Shown in pieces: positions 18,088 through 26,302 of a DNA stretch of 35,984 nt. The position numbers and the translations under genes were made by a program. How positions within the stretch are numbered: position 1 is the first letter of the stretch; each line of letters opens with the position of its first letter. This DNA is from Bowdeniella nasicola. GTDB lineage: Bacteria; Actinomycetota; Actinomycetes; Actinomycetales; Actinomycetaceae. Below the pieces are notes generated by a model, which ran no database searches, was not told the DNA's origin, and worked only from the letters and a program-made list of their open reading frames with translations. The DNA lies in the NCBI GenBank assembly GCA_030537655.1, contig JAUNVN010000001.1, forward strand, positions 1-35,984, written 5' to 3'.

Positions 18088-19058
18088 TGGCCGCACCCTT
18101 GCACCGGCTGGCCATGGGCCACAACGTCCTGTTCTTTTCCGGCAAAGGTGGAGTGGGCAAGACGACCCTCGCTGCTGCCACGGCCCTTGCCGTCGCTCAC
18201 AGCGGACGCGACGTTCACCTGTATTCCACCGACCCGGCACATAATCTCGGCCATCTGTGGCATCGCGAGGTGGGTCCGACCCTAACTCCGCTGTGGCCCA
18301 GCGCGCACCACCGACCCGAGGTGGGCCGGGTACTGGGCTGTGAGCTCGATGCGAATCAGCTGGCCGGAGACCATATCGACCAGGTTGCGCGCACTCTGCG
18401 TACCGCGATCTCGCCAGAACTACGCCACCACTTAGATCGCTACCTCACCCTTGTGCGCACCGCGCCGGGCACCAGCGAATCGGCGCTGGCGGAAAAAATC
18501 GCGGAGCTGTGCACCCAAACGCACGCTGATGGTCCGCTGCTGATTTTTGATACCGCTCCGACCGGCCACACCGCGCGGTTGATGCACCTGCCGGAAACCA
18601 TGACGGCCTACACCACCGCACTGCTGCGCCGGCGCCAACGCGCGGACCGGCTGGCCGCGGCCACCGCAGCCCTGGGGGGAAAAACGGAAGGGGCCAATAC
18701 CGAATTGGCGGCGGCACTGGCCCGGCGGAAGAATTTATACGCATCCTTTCGTGACCTGCTGCAAAACCCCGCGCATTCGGCCTTTGTGCTCGTCCTTACC
18801 GCCGAGCGAATGCCGGTAGCGGAAACGATTAGCTTCGCTCAGGAACTTGCGCAGCTGCGCATCACGACTGCTGCACTGATCACCAATCGGCGCACCCCAC
18901 CTTCCTTCGCGGCCCGCGCCGCGATGGAGGAGCGCTATGCCGCTGATCTTCGCAACGCCCTGCCGAACATTCCGCTCTTTGCGTTGCCGCTGCTGGCCGG
19001 GGAGCCCACCGGAATTACCGCCCTGCAAGAACTCGCGGAGATTTTATCTGCTGCGTAA
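18087..19058 (+). CDS. Single-domain ArsA/Get3-family ATPase
   Basis: Deviant Walker A GKGGVGKTT, STDPAHNL and DTAPTGHT signature. TGATG coupling to the Cys-Cys protein. Confidence 0.9.
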   Translation: MAAPLHRLAMGHNVLFFSGKGGVGKTTLAAATALAVAHSGRDVHLYSTDPAHNLGHLWHREVGPTLTPLWPSAHHRPEVGRVLGCELDANQLAGDHIDQVARTLRTAISPELRHHLDRYLTLVRTAPGTSESALAEKIAELCTQTHADGPLLIFDTAPTGHTARLMHLPETMTAYTTALLRRRQRADRLAAATAALGGKTEGANTELAAALARRKNLYASFRDLLQNPAHSAFVLVLTAERMPVAETISFAQELAQLRITTAALITNRRTPPSFAARAAMEERYAADLRNALPNIPLFALPLLAGEPTGITALQELAEILSAA

Positions 19059-19088
19059 GGCCCTGGAAGTGATTAACTGAACAGTAAC

Positions 19089-21599
19089 ATGATTGACATT
19101 ACCGACGAATTCGCCACCGCATTGGATCTAGCTGCCCGCGGCGAGCACCTGGTCATCCTGGGTGATCCGCACACCGGAAAATCCACGTTTATCGAGCACC
19201 TCGCCAAGGTGACGCGCAAGAATGTGTTGGTGACGGCGCCAACCCCGCTTTCTGCCAACCGGCGCGGTTACTACTGCCTGACGCAGTTTTTTGATTTTTC
19301 CGCGCCCACCACACAGCCCAATACGGCCGCATTCGCCGATATTTTGCCGCACCTGGACATGTTGATTATCGGTTGGGCCAACCTTTTGCGTGCCGATCAG
19401 CTCGATCTCATCGCCGCGCGGCTGCGCGAGGTGGGAAAAGATCCCGACGCCCCTTTCGGTGGGGTGCAAATCGTCCTCGTCGCGGACTTGCACGCCCCAC
19501 CCCCGGCGGTCGAATCCGATGAGGCCGATACCTTCCATGCGCGCTATCAGCAGCCGTATTTCACCGCGGCCGAAGTCTTTGGCGCCGCCGACTTTCACGC
19601 CGTGGGCCTCACCCGTGTGTTTGCGCGCAACGATTCCTCAACGCGCGTAAAGCTGCGCCGCGCGCTTGCGACGGGCCATTACACCCACCATGTGCTCGCA
19701 CACCTCAACCGCAAGATGGAGAGAAATATCGATTGTCCGCGCAGCTACAAAGCCGCTTCGGTGTGGGCGACACCCAAGCGCGCGCAACAATTCCGCGAGC
19801 GCATCTTGGCCTCGTGTGAAGAGCGCGTGCAGACTTCTGCAGCGCATGGCCGTGGTGATACGGATCCGTTTTGTTCTCCCATCCCCGATCCGCTCCTCTT
19901 TGCGGCGGGTGTCTCAGTGATGATCGTGCATTCCAATCGGAAAGGTTTCCCGTATTCGGGATTTGTTTGCCAGATCGATCACAGCTCGCACACAACGGAT
20001 GAAACCGGCAGGCAAGCACACGTCGTGGCGATCGCATTTGATCGACTCTCGAATCAGCCGTTGCACCCGGCGGCCTTGAATGTGACCCGCCCGCGTGTTG
20101 GTGAGCGCGGGATTGAACACGAGAAGATTGGCCACTACGTGCAATTACCCTTCGTGCTTTCTGAAGGGTTGAGCCTGCAGGATGCGACGGAACTGTTTGA
20201 CGTGTCGACTGTGTTCGATTTTTCTGGTGCCCCGCGCTATCCCGGACAGCTCACCGGTGCCCTCACCAACCGCCTCACTTGGCGCTACGATAGTGCGTTC
20301 ACCGAGCCAATCACGTGGGAGCAGGCACGTGCTGAAGGTGAATTGAGTGCGCTCACCCACACGTTACTCACCGGTGAGGCGCAGCGGCTGTGCGCGATCG
20401 AATGCCTCACCGCACCAACGCCGAGCGGGGCGATCCCCGTGGAGATTGCGCTCGCCTTTCCCGACGGCACCCGCATCTCCACTCTCATCGCGCCATCTGC
20501 CGACCAGCTGGATGGCGCGCCAGCTGTGGGAATATCGACCGAGCGGATGCAGCTGGCACCCACGCTCACCCAGGCGTGGGCGATGGTGATGCAAGAAGCG
20601 TCCGGTTACGCACTGATCAGCTCCGATGTGGCAGCAGTGCACTGTGCGATGCGCGATCTGGATCCCGCTTTGTGCCCGACGACGATTGCCGAGGTAGCGG
20701 TTGCAACAGATGTGCACGCGGTGGCCGCTGATCGCGCCGCAGCGAGTTTAAATGCGGCGGAACACCGTGAAATCGCAACCGAGATTTTTCGCGTTGACGG
20801 TGGGCATCACTGCGGCTATACGCTCAATCGTGACGGCGAGATCATGGTGTACGGCCTAGCAAAAGACGTCTCACAACTCCTCACCGAGCGTCTCGGCGAT
20901 GAGCGTCCCAACGACGAGAGTGACCTGTCGCTGCTCGCCTTTGAAGAAACCTACGACGTGCGCGTCACCCGTCAGCTACCCGTCGCTTTCCCTCCAATTG
21001 CCGAGGTGTTACGTCCCGGGACGCACGTGTGCTTTTTCCAACCGAAATTTCAGTTTTCCAAATCCTCCTTTTCTTCAACCCTGCAGGCAATGGCCACTTC
21101 TCACTATTTGTGGCCGATTGTCGGGGACCCTGATGCGCTCAGCGAGATCCTCATCGCCGATGGCGCCTCCCGTGGATGGCGCGAAGCGAAAGCGCGCTGC
21201 AACTGGGATAAACCAGTCTATGACGAGCGTGAATTCGTGCAGTGGGTGGAACAACAGGAGCAGAACTCCCGCACTGAGACACCTGGCGATGAGGAACAGG
21301 CACGTCCGGCCCGTGACGAGCTTGCCAAACGCCGATACCTCGCGGCGCGCCCAGCAATTGCCGATGTATTGGTCAGGGGCACCGATGTGACGGTGGAGAG
21401 ATCACCGCGCTTCGATGAAATTTATAACCGCGCTCGTGAGCGTGGGTTCAGGGTCACCGCCTCCGCGCTGCGTCTTAAAACCCGCGCCGTCATTGCCGAT
21501 TACCAATCCTCAGAATTATGCGTCATCCGTGCACGCAGAGAGGGGATTCCGATTTATTCCGCCAGCGAATTTTTCGCCTGGTATGAGTCGACCCAGTAA
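19089..21599 (+). CDS. Catalytically degenerate paralogue of the downstream Pif1-like helicase (helicase fold + DnaQ-like + 2 BRCT-like)
   Basis: Colinear with 22275-24995 (MIDITDEFA/MIEITDEFA, APFGGVQ, TRPRVGE, APTLTQAW). Walker B DE is replaced by GW and motifs III-VI are eroded. ORF is intact for 836 aa. Confidence 0.82.
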   Translation: MIDITDEFATALDLAARGEHLVILGDPHTGKSTFIEHLAKVTRKNVLVTAPTPLSANRRGYYCLTQFFDFSAPTTQPNTAAFADILPHLDMLIIGWANLLRADQLDLIAARLREVGKDPDAPFGGVQIVLVADLHAPPPAVESDEADTFHARYQQPYFTAAEVFGAADFHAVGLTRVFARNDSSTRVKLRRALATGHYTHHVLAHLNRKMERNIDCPRSYKAASVWATPKRAQQFRERILASCEERVQTSAAHGRGDTDPFCSPIPDPLLFAAGVSVMIVHSNRKGFPYSGFVCQIDHSSHTTDETGRQAHVVAIAFDRLSNQPLHPAALNVTRPRVGERGIEHEKIGHYVQLPFVLSEGLSLQDATELFDVSTVFDFSGAPRYPGQLTGALTNRLTWRYDSAFTEPITWEQARAEGELSALTHTLLTGEAQRLCAIECLTAPTPSGAIPVEIALAFPDGTRISTLIAPSADQLDGAPAVGISTERMQLAPTLTQAWAMVMQEASGYALISSDVAAVHCAMRDLDPALCPTTIAEVAVATDVHAVAADRAAASLNAAEHREIATEIFRVDGGHHCGYTLNRDGEIMVYGLAKDVSQLLTERLGDERPNDESDLSLLAFEETYDVRVTRQLPVAFPPIAEVLRPGTHVCFFQPKFQFSKSSFSSTLQAMATSHYLWPIVGDPDALSEILIADGASRGWREAKARCNWDKPVYDEREFVQWVEQQEQNSRTETPGDEEQARPARDELAKRRYLAARPAIADVLVRGTDVTVERSPRFDEIYNRARERGFRVTASALRLKTRAVIADYQSSELCVIRARREGIPIYSASEFFAWYESTQ

Positions 21600-21674
21600 G
21601 TGCGGGGACGGCTCCCGCACACGCGTGTCGATCGCCATTTGCGTGGCCGGTGACCCGCGCGAAAGGCGATCGAC
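21600..21674 (+). terminator. Two tandem hairpins right after the degenerate helicase stop, probable terminator
   Basis: GTGCGGG/CCCGCAC (21600-21620), then a ~19-bp stem GTCGATCGCC-a-TTTGCGTGG...CCGCGCGAA-a-GGCGATCGAC (21627-21674), followed by TCCCTTT. Confidence 0.55.
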
Positions 21675-22274
21675 TCCCTTTCCGAACATCAGGTGCGAGG
21701 AGTAATGCGGGAAGCTGACAGCGGCTGCTGGCCGATCGGGAATCACTTTTGTTAACCTGCGAAAAACTGCGCCGGAATCGCCCCTATTTTTTGCACAGAT
21801 CCCAAAAACTGAACGTGGTGCGCCCCTAGACCGCTGCCCTGACGGCACGCTGCGATTTTTCATCAGACCCATACCTTTTTGCCATAGCCCGGAATGACGG
21901 CGCGTTTGACTCGGGTGGTGGTGGGCGCTTTCAATGACCGTTTCAGCGAGGGTTTGCGCATTCCAAACCTCATAGTCTCGCGCCTCAATCAGCGGTCTTC
22001 ATGCTGCACGAACGCGAGGTGCCGGGTAAGGGAGGAATGTGTGGATGCGCGCTGGCAGTGATCAACAGATTGCTGACAGTTGACGCGCGTGCGATGCGGT
22101 CAGCAGATAGTGGCCAGGTGGCAAAGAGTGCAGCCGCAACGCGTCAGATACGATCACCATCGTGCACAGACCGCCATCATTTGGCGCGGGTGACAAAACG
22201 TCTAATGTGCACGCAGCTCACCGCTATCCACAGTGGTACAGATTCACGAAAATATGGGTTAATCTGAGCGAATA

Positions 22275-24995
22275 ATGATTGAGATTACCGACGAGTTCGC
22301 CGCCGCGTTGCACCGCTTGCACACCGGCGAGAACCTGTTGCTCACCGGGCGGGCCGGTACCGGGAAAACCACGCTCATCCAACATTTTTTGGCCTCCACC
22401 ACGAAACGGGTGGTGCTGGCCGCACCCACCGGGGTCGCGGCGCTGAACCTGGGTGGCTACACCCTGCACCGGCTGTTTTCCTTTCCCACCACCATCACTC
22501 CCGAGGCGGTGCGAACCGGCAAGGTGACAGCCGGGCGGTATGCGAAGCTGCTTTCCCAGCTCGATACGCTCGTGATTGACGAAATCTCGATGGTGCGCGC
22601 CGACCTGTTTGATGCGGTTGTGGCGGCGCTGGAGGCCTACGGCCCGAAGCCCGGCGCGCCCTTTGGTGGGGTGCAGCTGGTACTGGTTGGTGATCTCTAC
22701 CAGCTCCCCCCGGTAGTGCAGCGACGTGAGGCCGAGTATTTTTCCAGCCACTACTCAACGCCCTATTTTTTCTCCGCCAAAAGCTACCGCTCATCGGCGT
22801 TTTCCTGTCTGCACCTGCGCCGCGTGTTTCGTCAGCAAAACGATGCGAAACTTGCAGCGATGCTCGATGCACTGCGTGCCGGGCGGATCACCGAGACCAT
22901 TGCGACCCAGCTGAACGCCCAGGTGGATGCTGATTTTACACCGCCACCAGAAGAGGTGTGGGTGACGTTAGCGACCACGAACCGCGCAGCCAAGCGCCGC
23001 AACGACGCCGAATTGGCGCGCCTGGCCAGTGATCTTCACGAGTTTCACGCGCAAATTTCAGGCGAGTTGGACGGCTTTCGCCCACCTACCGATGCGCAGC
23101 TCAAATTGAAAATCGGCGCGCAGGTGATGCTGGTGAATAACGATGCTGCCGGGCGCTGGGTAAACGGCAGCCTCGCGGTGGTGCTCGCGATTGAAGCTGA
23201 GGACGAGACGAAACCCGCCGTGCTGCTGGAGCTGCTCGATGGCACCGTTGTGCGCGTGAAGGCGCACGAATGGAAGATCACCAGGCCGCGGATCGGCGAG
23301 CAGGGCTTGGTGCACGAGACGATTGGTACCTTCACCCAGCTGCCGATCAAGCTCGCCTGGGCGATCACAATCCACAAGGCGCAGGGTCTGACCTTGCCGC
23401 GCGTGATTGTTGATTTGCGTGGTGGCGTACATTTTCCGGGCCAACTCTACGTTGCGCTCTCGCGCTGTACCTCGCTTGCCGGACTGGTGCTCACCCGCGC
23501 GGTGAAACCACGCGATGTGCGCGTTGATTCGCGGGTGCGCGAGTTTGTTGCCACCGATGCTTTCGGTGGCGATGCGCAGCAGTATTGCGCCTTGGAAGCG
23601 CTGTTTGTTGGTGAGGGAGACAAGCATCCGCGTGCGATCGAATTGGCACTCGCCCTACCGGAGGGCACGATCGTTGAAAGTGTCATCAACCCGCAGCGCG
23701 ACCTTGATCTGGCGCCGGTGCGCTATGGCATTGACGCGCAGTTGGCGCAAATCGCGCCGACGCTTGCCCAAGCCTGGCCAGCATTCGCAGCCGAAATGGA
23801 GCACCTGGGGATCGCTTCGCTGCTCGGGCGCAGACTGGTGGACCTGCTCAACAACGAACTCACACGGCTGGGGACTTTCGCGCCGTTAGAAGAGATAGGG
23901 CAGCTCCGAGGGCCGATCACACCGATTGACGCTCCGGTCAGCGCGCTCAATCCGAGCGGTGCGCGCAGTGCCACCGATGCGGCCGCGCACACGCTCTCGC
24001 TGCTTAGTGATCACGGCATCGTCGTGCCGGCCGCTGCCTTCGAGCTGTTCGAGGAGATCAAACCGGGGTTTTTGTGTACGCGCACAGGTGAGATTATCCC
24101 GTTTGGCTCACCCCAGGAGGTCACCACCATGCTCGCTGCCAACCTTGCCGGTGCGCAGGTGAGTGAAGAAAGTGAAGTGGCGTTGCGTGCATTTGAGCGT
24201 CGCTACCACGTCACGGTACCGCGGCCGACACCTCAAAGCGCCCCACCGATTCGTCACGTGTTACAGCCCGGGACGCGGGTGTGTTTCACGGGCACCCTGG
24301 TTGATCACGAGCGGGAGTGGCAACGCGGGGAACTGGTGGATTTAGCTGCGGACTGCGGCTTAAAACCGGTGCGAAAGGTCACGAAAACCCGCTGCGATGT
24401 GCTGTTTTGTGCCGATCTTGCTTCCCAGTCGGGAAAGATGCGCCAAGCGCGCAGCTGGCAGATCCCGATCTATCCAATCAGCGAGTTTGTGCACTGGGCC
24501 ACGCACCGCGCTGGTTCTTCGGTACACTTCCTGCCGAGACCACCCGAGTCTGGCGCCGGACCGTCAGCTGATGAAAATCCGCATCTGATCGGGCAGGTTG
24601 AGCGTACGCTACACGATGACCGCGTTCCGCAGTCCGCCGATATCCTCGCGCCCGATCAGTCGCCTATTCATCTGGTTCCCCAGGTGATTGACGCGCCCTA
24701 TGCGGGCCGACCCGGCATTACCGATGTGCTCGTGGCTGGAGCGCGCATTTGTTTTACCGGCCGCGCAGTGTTTCACCGGCGCATCTGGCCGCTCGCCGAG
24801 TTGCGCGATATTGCGCGTATCTACGATTTAGCGCCGCTGCGCCAAGTGGTGAAGGTTGGCTGTGACGCGCTCGTTACTGCCGATCCGCTCGCCAATACGC
24901 ACGCCTGTCAGCTGGCGCGGCAATACGATATCCCAATCTTCTCCACGGCGGAGTTTCTCATCTGGGCTGGATGGTCGAGCGAAGAACCAACCTAG
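22275..24995 (+). CDS. Pif1/RecD-like SF1B DNA helicase fused to a degenerate DnaQ-like exonuclease domain and two BRCT domains
   Basis: Helicase motifs GRAGTGKT, APTGVAA, TLHRLF, VIDEISMV, GDLYQLPPV, FRQ, WAITIHKAQG and GQLYVALSR. BRCT signatures RVCFTG...SGKMRQARSWQIPI...EF..W and RICFTG...ARQYDIPIFSTAEF..W. Confidence 0.9.
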   Translation: MIEITDEFAAALHRLHTGENLLLTGRAGTGKTTLIQHFLASTTKRVVLAAPTGVAALNLGGYTLHRLFSFPTTITPEAVRTGKVTAGRYAKLLSQLDTLVIDEISMVRADLFDAVVAALEAYGPKPGAPFGGVQLVLVGDLYQLPPVVQRREAEYFSSHYSTPYFFSAKSYRSSAFSCLHLRRVFRQQNDAKLAAMLDALRAGRITETIATQLNAQVDADFTPPPEEVWVTLATTNRAAKRRNDAELARLASDLHEFHAQISGELDGFRPPTDAQLKLKIGAQVMLVNNDAAGRWVNGSLAVVLAIEAEDETKPAVLLELLDGTVVRVKAHEWKITRPRIGEQGLVHETIGTFTQLPIKLAWAITIHKAQGLTLPRVIVDLRGGVHFPGQLYVALSRCTSLAGLVLTRAVKPRDVRVDSRVREFVATDAFGGDAQQYCALEALFVGEGDKHPRAIELALALPEGTIVESVINPQRDLDLAPVRYGIDAQLAQIAPTLAQAWPAFAAEMEHLGIASLLGRRLVDLLNNELTRLGTFAPLEEIGQLRGPITPIDAPVSALNPSGARSATDAAAHTLSLLSDHGIVVPAAAFELFEEIKPGFLCTRTGEIIPFGSPQEVTTMLAANLAGAQVSEESEVALRAFERRYHVTVPRPTPQSAPPIRHVLQPGTRVCFTGTLVDHEREWQRGELVDLAADCGLKPVRKVTKTRCDVLFCADLASQSGKMRQARSWQIPIYPISEFVHWATHRAGSSVHFLPRPPESGAGPSADENPHLIGQVERTLHDDRVPQSADILAPDQSPIHLVPQVIDAPYAGRPGITDVLVAGARICFTGRAVFHRRIWPLAELRDIARIYDLAPLRQVVKVGCDALVTADPLANTHACQLARQYDIPIFSTAEFLIWAGWSSEEPT

Positions 24996-25233
24996 GCGCT
25001 CCGGCAAGTTCCCAATACGCCCTTCGCACATGCGACATGTGCCACCCACGGGTGGAACATCTCGATCCACGCGGTGACAATGACTGCGGCAATAATCAAG
25101 AGCACCAGCCCGATGACAGTGTTCGCGCTGTCGCGGGCACATCCAAGGCCAGCAAGGCGACAAATCGCCGGTGGTGGAAACCGTTTTGCTCACTTGCGCT
25201 CACCAAGCCGACTGCTGGTGGCGTCACTTTCAC

Positions 25234-25770
25234 CTAAAAAAGCGTTGGTGACGCGCTGTCCACATCGGCGCTGACGAGCGTGTCAACTGCCGCCAACGAG
25301 GGCTGGTGGCCGGGATAGCCCGGCCCGGTTTCGACCTCGCTGCCGTTTTGGATTGCCGTTGCGGCAGCATTTGCGCGCCGATCGGCCGCTTCATTCAGGG
25401 CATGTCCCGCATGTCCGCGCACCCAGGTGAACTGCAGCTCACGGCCGGCCATCGCCGTATCAAGGGCCCGCATCAGTTCGGCGTTCGCCACCGGTTTTTT
25501 ATTTGCGCGTTTCCACCCGCGTCGCTTCCACCCCGGCAACCATTCGGTCAGCGAGCGGATCACGTACTGCGAGTCGCACAAAATGTGCAGCCGCTCATCG
25601 GTATGCGCGGTGGCGTGCAGCAGTTGCAAGACGGCCAGTAGCTCACCGACATTATTGGTGGCACGTGCCAGTCCGCCAGCCTGCCAGGTCTCGTCGTTGA
25701 TTACCCATGCCCATCCAGCTGGGCCCGGGTTGCCAAGACACGACCCGTCACATGCGGCAGTGATCGTCAT
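25234..25770 (-). CDS. rnhA: Ribonuclease HI
   Basis: Motifs ACDGSCLGNPG, TNNVGEL, DSQYV, WKRRGW and WVRGHAGHALNEAAD. All acidic catalytic residues present. Confidence 0.93.
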   Translation of the reverse strand: MTITAACDGSCLGNPGPAGWAWVINDETWQAGGLARATNNVGELLAVLQLLHATAHTDERLHILCDSQYVIRSLTEWLPGWKRRGWKRANKKPVANAELMRALDTAMAGRELQFTWVRGHAGHALNEAADRRANAAATAIQNGSEVETGPGYPGHQPSLAAVDTLVSADVDSASPTLF

Positions 25771-25779
25771 CGGCTCGTC

Positions 25780-26259
25780 CTACCGTTTAATTGCCGCATC
25801 AAGGACCGCATCGACAGTGCGTTCGACCACGGCGAGGGTATCGAGAAAATCTTCGTGACCGCCATACCACGGGTCGGGCACATCCAGGTCCTCAGCGGCG
25901 GTGGTTTCCGGGTCGAATTCACGCCACATATACACGTTGTCGCTGCCCTGTCCATCGAGTTCAGCACGGCGGCGCAACGCGCGGAGATGTCGATCGGTCA
26001 TCGCTAAGACGAGTGAATAGGAAGCGATTTCTCCTTCGTGGACCTGTCGGGCGCTATGGGCGGGGATTGGATAACCCGCCTCGCGCAGCACGCGTTTGGC
26101 ACGCGGGTCGATATCATTGCCGGCCTCCTCATCGGAGATTCCCGCAGAGTCAACCACAATGTCCAATCCGCGTTCAGCTGCGCGTGCCCGCAAGATCACA
26201 TCGGCCATTGCCGAGCGGCAAATATTTCCCGTACAGACAACTAAAATTGATGCGCTCAT
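25780..26259 (-). CDS. Low molecular weight protein-tyrosine phosphatase
   Basis: P-loop VCTGNICRS, DSAG and DVPDPWYG. Confidence 0.92.
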   Translation of the reverse strand: MSASILVVCTGNICRSAMADVILRARAAERGLDIVVDSAGISDEEAGNDIDPRAKRVLREAGYPIPAHSARQVHEGEIASYSLVLAMTDRHLRALRRRAELDGQGSDNVYMWREFDPETTAAEDLDVPDPWYGGHEDFLDTLAVVERTVDAVLDAAIKR

Positions 26260-26302
26260 GGTGCAAGTGTCTCAAAATTTATTTCTCCAGGTTTTCCCCC
26301 GC

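Noticed and set aside
18079-18290. Selenocysteine/TGA readthrough after the Cys-Cys of the small protein
   Set aside because: The TGA overlaps the ATPase ATG (ordinary translational coupling). The readthrough frame looks like off-frame noise, and I see no convincing SECIS.
18087-19058. Arsenic resistance operon (ArsA plus the ArsC-like LMW-PTP at 25780)
   Set aside because: No arsB, acr3, arsR or arsD is present. The ATPase lacks clustered metalloid-binding Cys, and the phosphatase has a CTGNICRS/DPWY PTP signature and lies in a different operon.
21516-22267. ORFs 21516-21872 (-), 22001-22267 (+) and a 12-aa ORF at 22045-22083 after GGAGG
   Set aside because: No recognisable motifs and atypical composition. 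They cannot be supported as genes without expression data.
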